A stretch of DNA of 64,000 bases. Origin: Vicinamibacteria bacterium (GTDB lineage Bacteria; Acidobacteriota; Vicinamibacteria; Fen-336; JAGNNV01). The position numbers and the translations under genes were made by a program. This document shows, in pieces, positions 39,954 through 47,980 of the stretch (its first letter is position 1; each line of letters opens with the position of its first letter). The notes beneath the pieces are model-generated. The model was not told the DNA's origin. It ran no database searches and saw only the letters and a program-made list of their open reading frames with translations. The stretch covers positions 36,835 to 100,834 of the forward strand of contig JANMVV010000049.1 of the NCBI GenBank assembly GCA_031392925.1, in the 5' to 3' direction.

Positions 39954-40895
39954 ATGCTCTGTCCCGCCTGTGCCCGACCGATCGCCATGGCCCGGGCGAA
40001 CTGTGTCTACTGCGGCGCGGCGCTCTCGGCCGAGGGGCTTCAGGCGGCGGCACTCGCTGCGCAGAGGATCCTTCAGACCAGGAGTCTGGCCAATCTGGAG
40101 GCGGTCGCGAAAGCCTCCGCTCGCGACCACCCCCCCCGACGCTATGTGGTCATCGATACCAGCGTGGCCGGAGTGGAGACCATCGCCGACGCCTGCGGTA
40201 TTTCCGCCTGGGAAGCACGGCAATGGCAGGCCGCTTCACGCTATCGCCTCATCCGGGTGAGCAACGAGCCCGCGGACGGGCCCCTGGAATCAGGTCTCAA
40301 AGCCAAGGGACTTCGGGTTCTGATCGTGCCGGACGAGACGGTCGTGCGATCGCGAAACCCGATACCCCTGGAGTCGATAGATCCCTTCGCCGACCCCGCG
40401 CAATGCACCGTTCGCGAGGATCCTGAGGCGCCGCCGTTGAGGAAGGCCCTGAGGGAGCACGACCTTGCCCTCATTGTCTCCGCCTCCATCAAACGGGAGA
40501 GGGTCATGGATCAGACTTCCCGTCGCACGCCTGCAGATACCCGGCTCGAGGACGCCTGGCTCGTTCATCTCCATCTCAAAGGAGAGGCCCGGCCCTGGGA
40601 GATTGATCCCCTCCGGACGGCCTATGAGGGCGCGGGTCTCGCATCGGCGTACATGCGGACGCTCGAACTCGTGCGACGGCTACAGGCCTTCGCTCCGCAC
40701 GACGAGGCTTTCAAGAACGTGGTGCCGGCACTTTCCCCGGGCACCGATCCGCTCAAAGGCCTTGAAAGCTTCGCTTCCGCGCCCAGGAAGAAGGGCAAGG
40801 ACCCCAAGGTCGTGGTCCTCGACAACGTGGCCCAGTTCCGGGAGTATTCAGCCTGGCGCGGGGCCATCGAGAGCACTCGGCGGGACACGCCTTGA
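39954..40895 (+). CDS. Hypothetical protein with N-terminal zinc-ribbon
   Basis: 313 aa. [24 protein letters not shown] (CxxC-x11-CxxC). The rest has no recognisable motif. Heads the plus-strand glycan cluster. Confidence 0.7.
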   Translation: MLCPACARPIAMARANCVYCGAALSAEGLQAAALAAQRILQTRSLANLEAVAKASARDHPPRRYVVIDTSVAGVETIADACGISAWEARQWQAASRYRLIRVSNEPADGPLESGLKAKGLRVLIVPDETVVRSRNPIPLESIDPFADPAQCTVREDPEAPPLRKALREHDLALIVSASIKRERVMDQTSRRTPADTRLEDAWLVHLHLKGEARPWEIDPLRTAYEGAGLASAYMRTLELVRRLQAFAPHDEAFKNVVPALSPGTDPLKGLESFASAPRKKGKDPKVVVLDNVAQFREYSAWRGAIESTRRDTP

Positions 40896-40938
40896 GACGC
40901 GGAATTCCGAGCGCCCTGTGCTACCTTCCTCCCCGCGC

Positions 40939-41895
40939 ATGAAGCTCGTTGTCCAGATCCCCTGCCTGAACGAGGAAGAATCCCTCCCCGCGGCGTTGCG
41001 CGCAATCCCCCGGCAGATCGAAGGAATCGACGAAGTCCTCATTCTTGTGATCGATGACGGGTCGAAGGACCGGACCCGAGAAGTAGCCCTCGCGAACGGG
41101 GCCGACCACGTCCTCCGCTTCACCCGGCACAAGGGACTCGCAAGCGGTTTCATGGCCGGCCTCGACGCGAGTCTCAAGCTCGGGGCCGACATCATCGTCA
41201 ACACCGATGCCGACAACCAGTACCCCGCGGCGGACATTCCCCGCCTCATCGCCCCGATCCTGCGAGGCGAGGCGGACATGACCATTGGCGACCGGCAGGT
41301 CTCCGAAGTGGCGCATTTTTCCTGGATGAAGCAGCGTCTCCAGATGCTCGGGAGCTGGGTCGTGCGCAAGGTTTCAGGAACCGACGTGCCCGACACCACG
41401 AGCGGTTTTCGCGCCCTGTCCCGGGAAGCCGCCCTCCGGATCAACATCGTCAGCGAGTTCACCTACACCCTCGAATCGATCATTCAAGCCGGGAAGAAAA
41501 GGCTCGCCATCGCCCACATGCCGATCGAGGCGAAGCACACGCGGCCGTCGCGGCTTTTCGGCTCCACCGGCGAATACGTCAAGCGCTCGGTGGCCACGAT
41601 TCTGCGCATCTACGCGATGTACGAGCCGTTCAAGGTCTTCATGATCCTGGGTGGCCTGCTGTTCTCCGCGGGTGCCATCCTCGGCCTCCGATACGCGTAC
41701 TTCTGGTGGCAGGGGGCCATCACCGGCCACTTTCAGTCCGCGATCCTTTCCGTGCTCCTCCTCATCCTCGGCTTCCAGACCCTGCAGTGGGGTCTGATGG
41801 CGGACCTGATCGCCAGTAATCGAAAGCTGATCGAGGACGTTTTGTACCGGGTTCGAAAGGCGGAGCTGACGAAGGACGCGGAGCCTCGTGGCTGA
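40939..41895 (+). CDS. GT2 glycosyltransferase, polyprenyl-phosphate sugar synthase-like (GtrB/DPM1-like)
   Basis: The ATG at 40939 gives MKLVVQIPCLNEEESL...VIDDGSKDRT...NTDADNQY. Two C-terminal TM helices. The track ORF start at 40465 overlaps the preceding gene out of frame. Confidence 0.85.
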   Translation: MKLVVQIPCLNEEESLPAALRAIPRQIEGIDEVLILVIDDGSKDRTREVALANGADHVLRFTRHKGLASGFMAGLDASLKLGADIIVNTDADNQYPAADIPRLIAPILRGEADMTIGDRQVSEVAHFSWMKQRLQMLGSWVVRKVSGTDVPDTTSGFRALSREAALRINIVSEFTYTLESIIQAGKKRLAIAHMPIEAKHTRPSRLFGSTGEYVKRSVATILRIYAMYEPFKVFMILGGLLFSAGAILGLRYAYFWWQGAITGHFQSAILSVLLLILGFQTLQWGLMADLIASNRKLIEDVLYRVRKAELTKDAEPRG

Positions 41896-42736
41896 GCCCC
41901 GCGACGTCACCGTGGTCATTCCCGCTTTCAACGAAGCGAAGGGAATCGCCTCCACGGTGGCCGGGCTGAGGCCGCAGGGCTTCGCGGAGATTCTCGTGGT
42001 CGACGATGGATCCACCGACGGCACCGCGGCCCTGGCGGAAGGCGCGGGCGCGCGCGTCGTGCGCCATCCTTACAACAAGGGAAACGGCGCAGCGGTGAAG
42101 ACGGGCATACGGGAGTCGGCGTCGCCGGTGATATTGCTCATGGACGCCGACACCCAGCACGATCCCGCCGAAGCACCCAAGCTCATCAACCCGGTTGGAA
42201 CGTACGACCTGGTCATCGGCGCCAGAGCTCTGGGCGACCAGTCAGTGACCCGGGCTTTGGGGAACGCGGTCTTCAGGGCTCTTGCCTCCTGGCTGACCGG
42301 CCGGCCGATTCCCGATCTCACCTCCGGCTATCGGGCCGCGAAACGCCAGGCCCTCCTCGACATCGTCCACCTGCTCCCGAACGGCTTTTCGTATCCGACC
42401 ACGTCCTGCCTGTCGATGATGAAGTCCGGTCACAGCGTCCTCTTCGTGCCGATCTCGGCGAAGGCCCGGGTGGGCACCTCGAAGATCCGGCCCCTTCAGG
42501 ATGGCTTCCGCTTCATCCTGATCATCTTCAAGATCGTGACCCTGTACGCGCCGCTCAGGGTGTTTGCACCCATCGCGGGCGCCTCCTTCTTCAGCGGAGT
42601 CGCGTACGGGATCTGGAATGTCGTCAAGTTCGAGAAGATCCCCATGGGTTCGGCGCTCCTGATTCAGCTGGGGGTCGTGGTCTTCCTGTTCGGCCTTATT
42701 TCCGAACAGATCGCGTCGATGCAGGACAGGCGTTGA
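41888..42736 (+). CDS. GT2 glycosyltransferase, GtrB/DPM1-like (second copy)
   Basis: GTG start with 8-nt overlap on the previous gene. VVIPAFNEAKGI...VVDDGSTDGT...LMDADTQHDP. Two C-terminal TM helices. Confidence 0.85.
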   Translation: MAEPRDVTVVIPAFNEAKGIASTVAGLRPQGFAEILVVDDGSTDGTAALAEGAGARVVRHPYNKGNGAAVKTGIRESASPVILLMDADTQHDPAEAPKLINPVGTYDLVIGARALGDQSVTRALGNAVFRALASWLTGRPIPDLTSGYRAAKRQALLDIVHLLPNGFSYPTTSCLSMMKSGHSVLFVPISAKARVGTSKIRPLQDGFRFILIIFKIVTLYAPLRVFAPIAGASFFSGVAYGIWNVVKFEKIPMGSALLIQLGVVVFLFGLISEQIASMQDRR

Positions 42737-45084
42737 GCAGGGCCTACTTCAAAGGCGATGTCTTTGCTCTCCTCGTCCTCGCCGTCTTTCCACTGATCGC
42801 CTACGCCGAGCCCCTGCTCGACCATCGCCTCCTGGGTCCGGGCGACGGTGTCGCCCTCCATCTGCCCCTTCGGACCGAGGCGTTCCGGGCCTATCGCGAC
42901 TTCTCCTGGCCGTTCCTCAATACCCGGGAGTTCCTGGGAACACCGCTTCTCGCCGCATACCGGGGCGGCGTCTTGTACCCCCTCACCATCCTGCTTTCGG
43001 GGTTCGATTCGTTCTCCGCGTTTCAAGCCCTAGTCCTCATCTCGGTCTCCCTCACCGGGGTGCTGACCTATCTCTACTTGAAGCGCCTGGGTGCCGGAGC
43101 CCCCGGGGCCTTCGTCGGCGCGCTCTCCTTCGCTTACGGTCCGTATCTTCTGAGCCACTTCGAAGACACGGCCACGCTGGTGGCGGCCCCGATGCTGCCT
43201 CTCGTCCTTCTGGCCGCCGAATCGCACATGAATCGAGCGAGCCCCGCGCGCCTCGTCGGCCTCGGTGGTTCCATCGCGTTGCTCGTTCTCGCCGGATCGC
43301 CGGAAGCCCTTCGAGCGGGAAGCGCCCTTCTCTTTGGGCGCCTGCTCCTGGGACACACCCTCAGCCGGTTGCCACGGGCCCCGTCGCGCTTCGCCACCGG
43401 GCTCGCCATACTCCTGGGGATCGCGCTCTCGGCGCCCCAGTGGATGCCCACGCTCGAGATGCTGCCCTTCGCGGGACGACAGGTGACGGGACTCGCGGCC
43501 GAGGCCGCGGGCGAGGGCCTGTCGGGGCTCGCGGGGCTGATTTTGAAGACGGTCACGCACACTCCGGCCGCGAGCCTCGCGCTGGCCAGCCTGCCCCTCT
43601 TGTTCGAGCGGCTTCCGGTTCGGGTTCTTCTTCTCGCCGTACTCGCCTCTCTGACCCTCCAGACCGGCCGCGGCCCGCTCCTCGCCCCCGGCGCGCTGCC
43701 GCTGGTCCTGGAATTCGCCCTCGCGGCCCTTGCCGGACTGGCCCTCGATGAGCAATGGCGGGAACGGAGAACCCGCCGGGGACGAAGGCTTCGGGCGTAC
43801 TTTCTCGTCGCGTCGCTCGCCTCGGTGGCCATGCTCTCGATTGCCGCGGCCACCTTGGGCGGCCTTCCCGAGGAACTCGCCGCCGCGGTCGGGGTCTATG
43901 CGATCGCGCTCATCGCTTACTTCGCCCTGGCCGATGCCCATAGCGACGTCGCCGCCGGCGTCTTCCTTCTGCCTCTCGCGGTTTCGTTCGCGCTCCAGCC
44001 CACGAGCCGCGAAGTCTTCAAGACCGCTCCCACCCGCAGTCAGCTCGTGGAGGGAACGCCCACCCGCCGGGCCGTCGATCGCGCGCTCGGTGAACTCGGA
44101 GAGGATCCTCGCGTTCTCACCCTCGTGCGCGCCTTCCCCACGGACCTGGCACTCGACCTTGGCTTCGCGGGCTACGGCGCCCTCGCACCGAGAGTTCAGG
44201 CCAACGGCTACGATCCGATGGCGCCCATTTCGATTCGAAGAGCGGTGGGCGAGATGGGGGCGAGAGGCTTCCTGACCGACCGGACCCTTACCCCGCCCCT
44301 GGCCCTTCTCCGCAACTGGTCCATAGACGCGGTCCAGGTTCAGACGAGCGATCTCGTGCGCGCGGTCACCGATGAGCCGTTCGATGTGACCATCGAACCG
44401 GGCACGCGCCGCGTCTTTGCCATTCCCTTCCTTAGGCTCAAAGCCATCGCGTTGACCTTCGGCGGCGCTCCGAAGGCGCCACTCTCACTTCTGGTTCGAG
44501 TCAACGGGAACCGTGAAGTTCCTCTCGGCGCGGTGTCGGCCGTTAAGGGCACGGTGCCATCGCCGGCCTACCGCGTGGACGCGGTGATCCTCGAAGCTCC
44601 CCGCGAGGGTGTGGCGGTTCGGGTCACCGGCCTGGGCCTCGAAACCCAGGAAGGAAGCACCGTCCAGGCCTCCCGACTCTCCGCGTATCTCTCGCAGGAT
44701 GCGTTTCAGGAAATCGCCACCATGCCTCAGGTTCGAGTCTTCCGCGTGCTGGGGGCTTCTCCCCTCGTCCATGGAACCGCACCCGTCATGCGTGAGTCCG
44801 GACCCGGACCCGGCGGCCAGCTCGGGTTCACGAGCGGATTGGCCCAGACCGTGGAGGTGGCCATGCCGTTTCTCCACGGATGGAGCGGCGGCGCTTCCGA
44901 GTTCTCGGGACGAATCCGGGTGGAGGTCGGAGCCCGCTCCTCCACCCACCTAAGGTACACGCCGCCTCTATTCCTTCCAGGCCTCGTGATCGCCTTTCTC
45001 GGCCTCATCGGCGCCGTCTGGCTCCTGGCGAGACCCGCGAATCTGACCGCTTTCCTCAAAACCAGCCGAGACGAGGGAAAATAG
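42733..45084 (+). CDS. Large polytopic membrane protein, GT-C/YfhO-like (inferred)
   Basis: 783 aa. The TTG start overlaps the GT2 stop (TTGA). About 12 or more hydrophobic segments over about 430 aa, then a soluble about 330-aa region and a terminal TM. The family call is inferred from architecture and GT2 coupling only. Confidence 0.7.
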   Translation: MSRAYFKGDVFALLVLAVFPLIAYAEPLLDHRLLGPGDGVALHLPLRTEAFRAYRDFSWPFLNTREFLGTPLLAAYRGGVLYPLTILLSGFDSFSAFQALVLISVSLTGVLTYLYLKRLGAGAPGAFVGALSFAYGPYLLSHFEDTATLVAAPMLPLVLLAAESHMNRASPARLVGLGGSIALLVLAGSPEALRAGSALLFGRLLLGHTLSRLPRAPSRFATGLAILLGIALSAPQWMPTLEMLPFAGRQVTGLAAEAAGEGLSGLAGLILKTVTHTPAASLALASLPLLFERLPVRVLLLAVLASLTLQTGRGPLLAPGALPLVLEFALAALAGLALDEQWRERRTRRGRRLRAYFLVASLASVAMLSIAAATLGGLPEELAAAVGVYAIALIAYFALADAHSDVAAGVFLLPLAVSFALQPTSREVFKTAPTRSQLVEGTPTRRAVDRALGELGEDPRVLTLVRAFPTDLALDLGFAGYGALAPRVQANGYDPMAPISIRRAVGEMGARGFLTDRTLTPPLALLRNWSIDAVQVQTSDLVRAVTDEPFDVTIEPGTRRVFAIPFLRLKAIALTFGGAPKAPLSLLVRVNGNREVPLGAVSAVKGTVPSPAYRVDAVILEAPREGVAVRVTGLGLETQEGSTVQASRLSAYLSQDAFQEIATMPQVRVFRVLGASPLVHGTAPVMRESGPGPGGQLGFTSGLAQTVEVAMPFLHGWSGGASEFSGRIRVEVGARSSTHLRYTPPLFLPGLVIAFLGLIGAVWLLARPANLTAFLKTSRDEGK

Positions 45085-45103
45085 GGGTTTCCCGAAGGAA
45101 CTG

Positions 45104-45841
45104 ATGCCGAAACCCCGCCTCTCCGTCTCCGTTTTCTTTCCCGCTTACAACGACGCGGGGACCATCGCCAGTCTGGTCATTCTTGCCCACATGACGGTGC
45201 GGCGGTACTCGGATGACTACGAGGTCATCGTGGTCAACGACGGGAGCCCCGATCACACCGGGGAGCTTCTCGACGAGATGGCCCGGGTCAATCCCTGGCT
45301 CAAGGTAGTTCACCACGCCAAAAATCGGGGCTACGGGGGCGCCCTGCGCACCGGATTCGAAACCGCGTCAAAGGAGCTCGTGCTCTACACGGACGGCGAC
45401 GCCCAGTACGATCCGCGTGAATTTGCACTCCTGCTCGAGGCCTACTCGGACGCCGTCGATTTCGTGAACGGATACAAGATCTCGCGGAACGATCCCTTTC
45501 ACCGTAAGGTCATCGGCCGCGTGTATCACCACTTTGTGAAGCTCGCCTTCGGTCTCAAGGTTCGCGACGTTGATTGCGACTTCCGGCTCATGCGCAAGAG
45601 CATTTTCGACAAGGTGAAGCTCACCCGCTCCTCGGGAGTCATCTGCGTCGAACTCATGAAGAAGGTGACGGACTTCAACTTCCGGATCGCCGAGGTTCCG
45701 GTTCACCACTACCACCGCACCTACGGCAAGAGCCAGTTCTTCAACTTCCCCCGGGTCTTTCGCACTCTGCGCGACCTCGTGAACCTCTGGGTGGAACTTA
45801 CGATCTCCAAGACCCATCTGAAAACCGCGGTCCGATCATGA
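45104..45841 (+). CDS. GT2 glycosyltransferase (ArnC-like position, no TM tail)
   Basis: 245 aa. VSVFFPAYNDAGTI...VVNDGSPDHT...YTDGDAQYDP. Confidence 0.85.
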   Translation: MPKPRLSVSVFFPAYNDAGTIASLVILAHMTVRRYSDDYEVIVVNDGSPDHTGELLDEMARVNPWLKVVHHAKNRGYGGALRTGFETASKELVLYTDGDAQYDPREFALLLEAYSDAVDFVNGYKISRNDPFHRKVIGRVYHHFVKLAFGLKVRDVDCDFRLMRKSIFDKVKLTRSSGVICVELMKKVTDFNFRIAEVPVHHYHRTYGKSQFFNFPRVFRTLRDLVNLWVELTISKTHLKTAVRS

Positions 45842-46830
45842 CCGGGTATCTCGACACCTACCGGAATCGCGCCGTGCTGGTCACGGGGGGGCTTGGCTTC
45901 ATCGGCTCCAATCTCTGCCGGCGGCTCGCCGACCTGGGCGCGCGCGTGACCGCGGTCGATTCGCTTCTTCCCGACTACGGCGGGAACCTGTTCAACCTCG
46001 ACGGATACGAGGACAAAGTGCGCATCAACATCGCCGACGTGCGCGGCCACGCCATGGAGTACCTGGTCCAGGGGCAGGACATCGTCTTCAATCTCGCCGG
46101 CCAGGTGAGTCACATCGACTCCATGAGCGATCCCTTCACCGATCTCGAGATCAACTGTCATGCGCAGCTGTGGATCCTCGAGGCCCTGCGCAAACGCAAT
46201 CCCGAGGCGAAGATCGTATACGCGGGCACCCGGCAGATCTACGGCCGGCCCCAGCGCTTGCCCGTGAACGAGGATCATCCGCTCGCCCCCGCCGACGTGA
46301 ATGGCATCAACAAGATCTCCGGCGAGTTCTATCACCTAGTGTATAACCAAGTATACAACATCCGCGCCTGCTCGCTGCGACTCACCAACACCTACGGGCC
46401 GCGCCAGCTCATTCGCCACAACCGTCAGGGCTTCATCGGCTGGTTCATGCGAAAGGCCGTGCTCGGCGAAACCATCGAGGTCTTCGGCGACGGCGCCCAG
46501 CGGCGCGACTTCGATTACGTGGACGATGTGGTCGATGCCTTCCTTCGCGCGGGTGCGAGCGAAGCCAGTAACGGTCAGGTCTTCAATCTGGGCGGGGGGA
46601 CCCCGGTCTCCCTGCTCGACCTCGCCCACGACCTGGTGAGGCTGTCCGGCCAGAGCGAGATCAAGGTGGTCCCGTTCCCCGAAGAGCGCAAGAAGATCGA
46701 CATCGGCGACTTCTACTCGGACGCGCGGAAGATCGAAGGCGCTTTGGGCTGGAAGTCCAGCACTCCCTTCGTGGACGGTCTCACCCGGACCATTGACTAC
46801 TACCGAAAGCACAAGGACCGCTACCTTTGA
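45838..46830 (+). CDS. Extended-SDR NAD-dependent sugar-nucleotide epimerase/dehydratase/decarboxylase family protein
   Basis: The ATG at 45838 overlaps the GT2 stop (ATGA). VLVTGGLGFIGSNL Rossmann motif. In place of YxxxK it has NGINK (Asn codon aat at 46300-46302). Confidence 0.88.
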   Translation: MTGYLDTYRNRAVLVTGGLGFIGSNLCRRLADLGARVTAVDSLLPDYGGNLFNLDGYEDKVRINIADVRGHAMEYLVQGQDIVFNLAGQVSHIDSMSDPFTDLEINCHAQLWILEALRKRNPEAKIVYAGTRQIYGRPQRLPVNEDHPLAPADVNGINKISGEFYHLVYNQVYNIRACSLRLTNTYGPRQLIRHNRQGFIGWFMRKAVLGETIEVFGDGAQRRDFDYVDDVVDAFLRAGASEASNGQVFNLGGGTPVSLLDLAHDLVRLSGQSEIKVVPFPEERKKIDIGDFYSDARKIEGALGWKSSTPFVDGLTRTIDYYRKHKDRYL

Positions 46831-47942
46831 CCGAAACCATCCCGGTTCCCTTCAACGAACTGAAGCCCAAGGTCGCGGCCCATCGCGCCGCCATCGACCG
46901 GGCCATGGCCCGTGTGCTGGATCGGGGCTGGTTCATCCTCGGGCCCGAAGTCGACGCCTTCGAGAAGGAGCTCGCCGAGGCCATGGGTGCGAGGGATGCG
47001 GTCTCCGTGGCGAACGGCACCGATGCGCTCATCCTCGCCCTCGAGGTCCAGGGCATCGGTCCGGGCGACGAGGTCATCACCTCACCGATGTCCGCCGCGT
47101 TTTCCGCCCTCGCCATCTCCCGGCTGGGCGCCACCCCCGTCTTCGGCGACGTCGATCCCGTGACCATGAATCTCGATCCTTCCACCATCGAGGCCCTGAT
47201 CACGAAGCGCACCCGGGGCATCATGCCGGTGCATCTTTACGGCCATCCCGCGGACATGGATCCGATCATGGACATCGCCCGAAAGCACAATCTGATCGTG
47301 GTCGAAGACGCATGCCAGGCCCATGCCGCGAGGTACAAGGGCCGCCCAGTCGGCAGCCTCGCCGGCCTCGCCGGCCTCTCGTTCTATCCCACCAAGAATC
47401 TGGGCGGTTTCGGGGACGGCGGCGCCATCCTCGTCGACGATCCCAGCCTCGCGAAGAGACTCCGGCAGCTTAGAAACGGCGGCCAGAGCGAGAAGTACCA
47501 GCACGACATCCTTGGAACCAACTCCCGGCTCGACGACATGCAGGCCGCGATCCTCCGCGAGCTTCTCCACACCCTCGATGCCGAAACCGCGCGACGGCGC
47601 GAGATCGCCGAGCGCTACTTCGAGGCGTTTCGCGGCCTTCCCCTCGGGTTGCCCGAGGAGCAGAGTTACGCGCGGGCGGTGTATCACCTCTTCGTGGTCC
47701 GGCATGAGCGCCGGGCCGCCTTCATGGCCGCGATGGCCGCTCGCGGCGTGGGCACGGCGATTCACTATCCCGTGGCCCTGCACCTTCAGGGCGCCTTCGC
47801 GTCGCTCGGAGGAAAGCGCGGGGACCGAAAGGTGGTCGAGCGGGCTGCGGATGAGATTGTCTCCCTCCCCGTCTATCCTGAGCTGACCGACGCCCAGGTG
47901 GGCGCCGTGATCGCCGCGGTCAAGGAAGCCGTCTACGCCTAG
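46827..47942 (+). CDS. DegT/DnrJ/EryC1/StrS-family PLP-dependent sugar aminotransferase
   Basis: The TTG start overlaps the SDR stop (TTGA). ...VANGTDAL.... PLP-lysine context SFYPTKNLGGFGDGG. Confidence 0.9.
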   Translation: MTETIPVPFNELKPKVAAHRAAIDRAMARVLDRGWFILGPEVDAFEKELAEAMGARDAVSVANGTDALILALEVQGIGPGDEVITSPMSAAFSALAISRLGATPVFGDVDPVTMNLDPSTIEALITKRTRGIMPVHLYGHPADMDPIMDIARKHNLIVVEDACQAHAARYKGRPVGSLAGLAGLSFYPTKNLGGFGDGGAILVDDPSLAKRLRQLRNGGQSEKYQHDILGTNSRLDDMQAAILRELLHTLDAETARRREIAERYFEAFRGLPLGLPEEQSYARAVYHLFVVRHERRAAFMAAMAARGVGTAIHYPVALHLQGAFASLGGKRGDRKVVERAADEIVSLPVYPELTDAQVGAVIAAVKEAVYA

Positions 47943-47980
47943 GAGCCGGCGGCTCGGGCGGTCACTTCGGGAATCCACCT

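Noticed and set aside
40465-40938. N-terminal extension of the GT2 ORF (track 40465-41895). Similar 5' extensions occur at 45574-45837 (SDR), 51551-51883 (GT9), 37819-38049 (HAD), 39882-40223 (PPIase), 17000-17197 and 16564-16620 (exbD), 12836-12919 (glmS) and 60672-60860 (POT).
   Set aside because: The extensions overlap the preceding gene in another frame and are Arg/Pro/Gly-rich. They precede an internal start that reproduces the canonical family N-terminus or a signal peptide.
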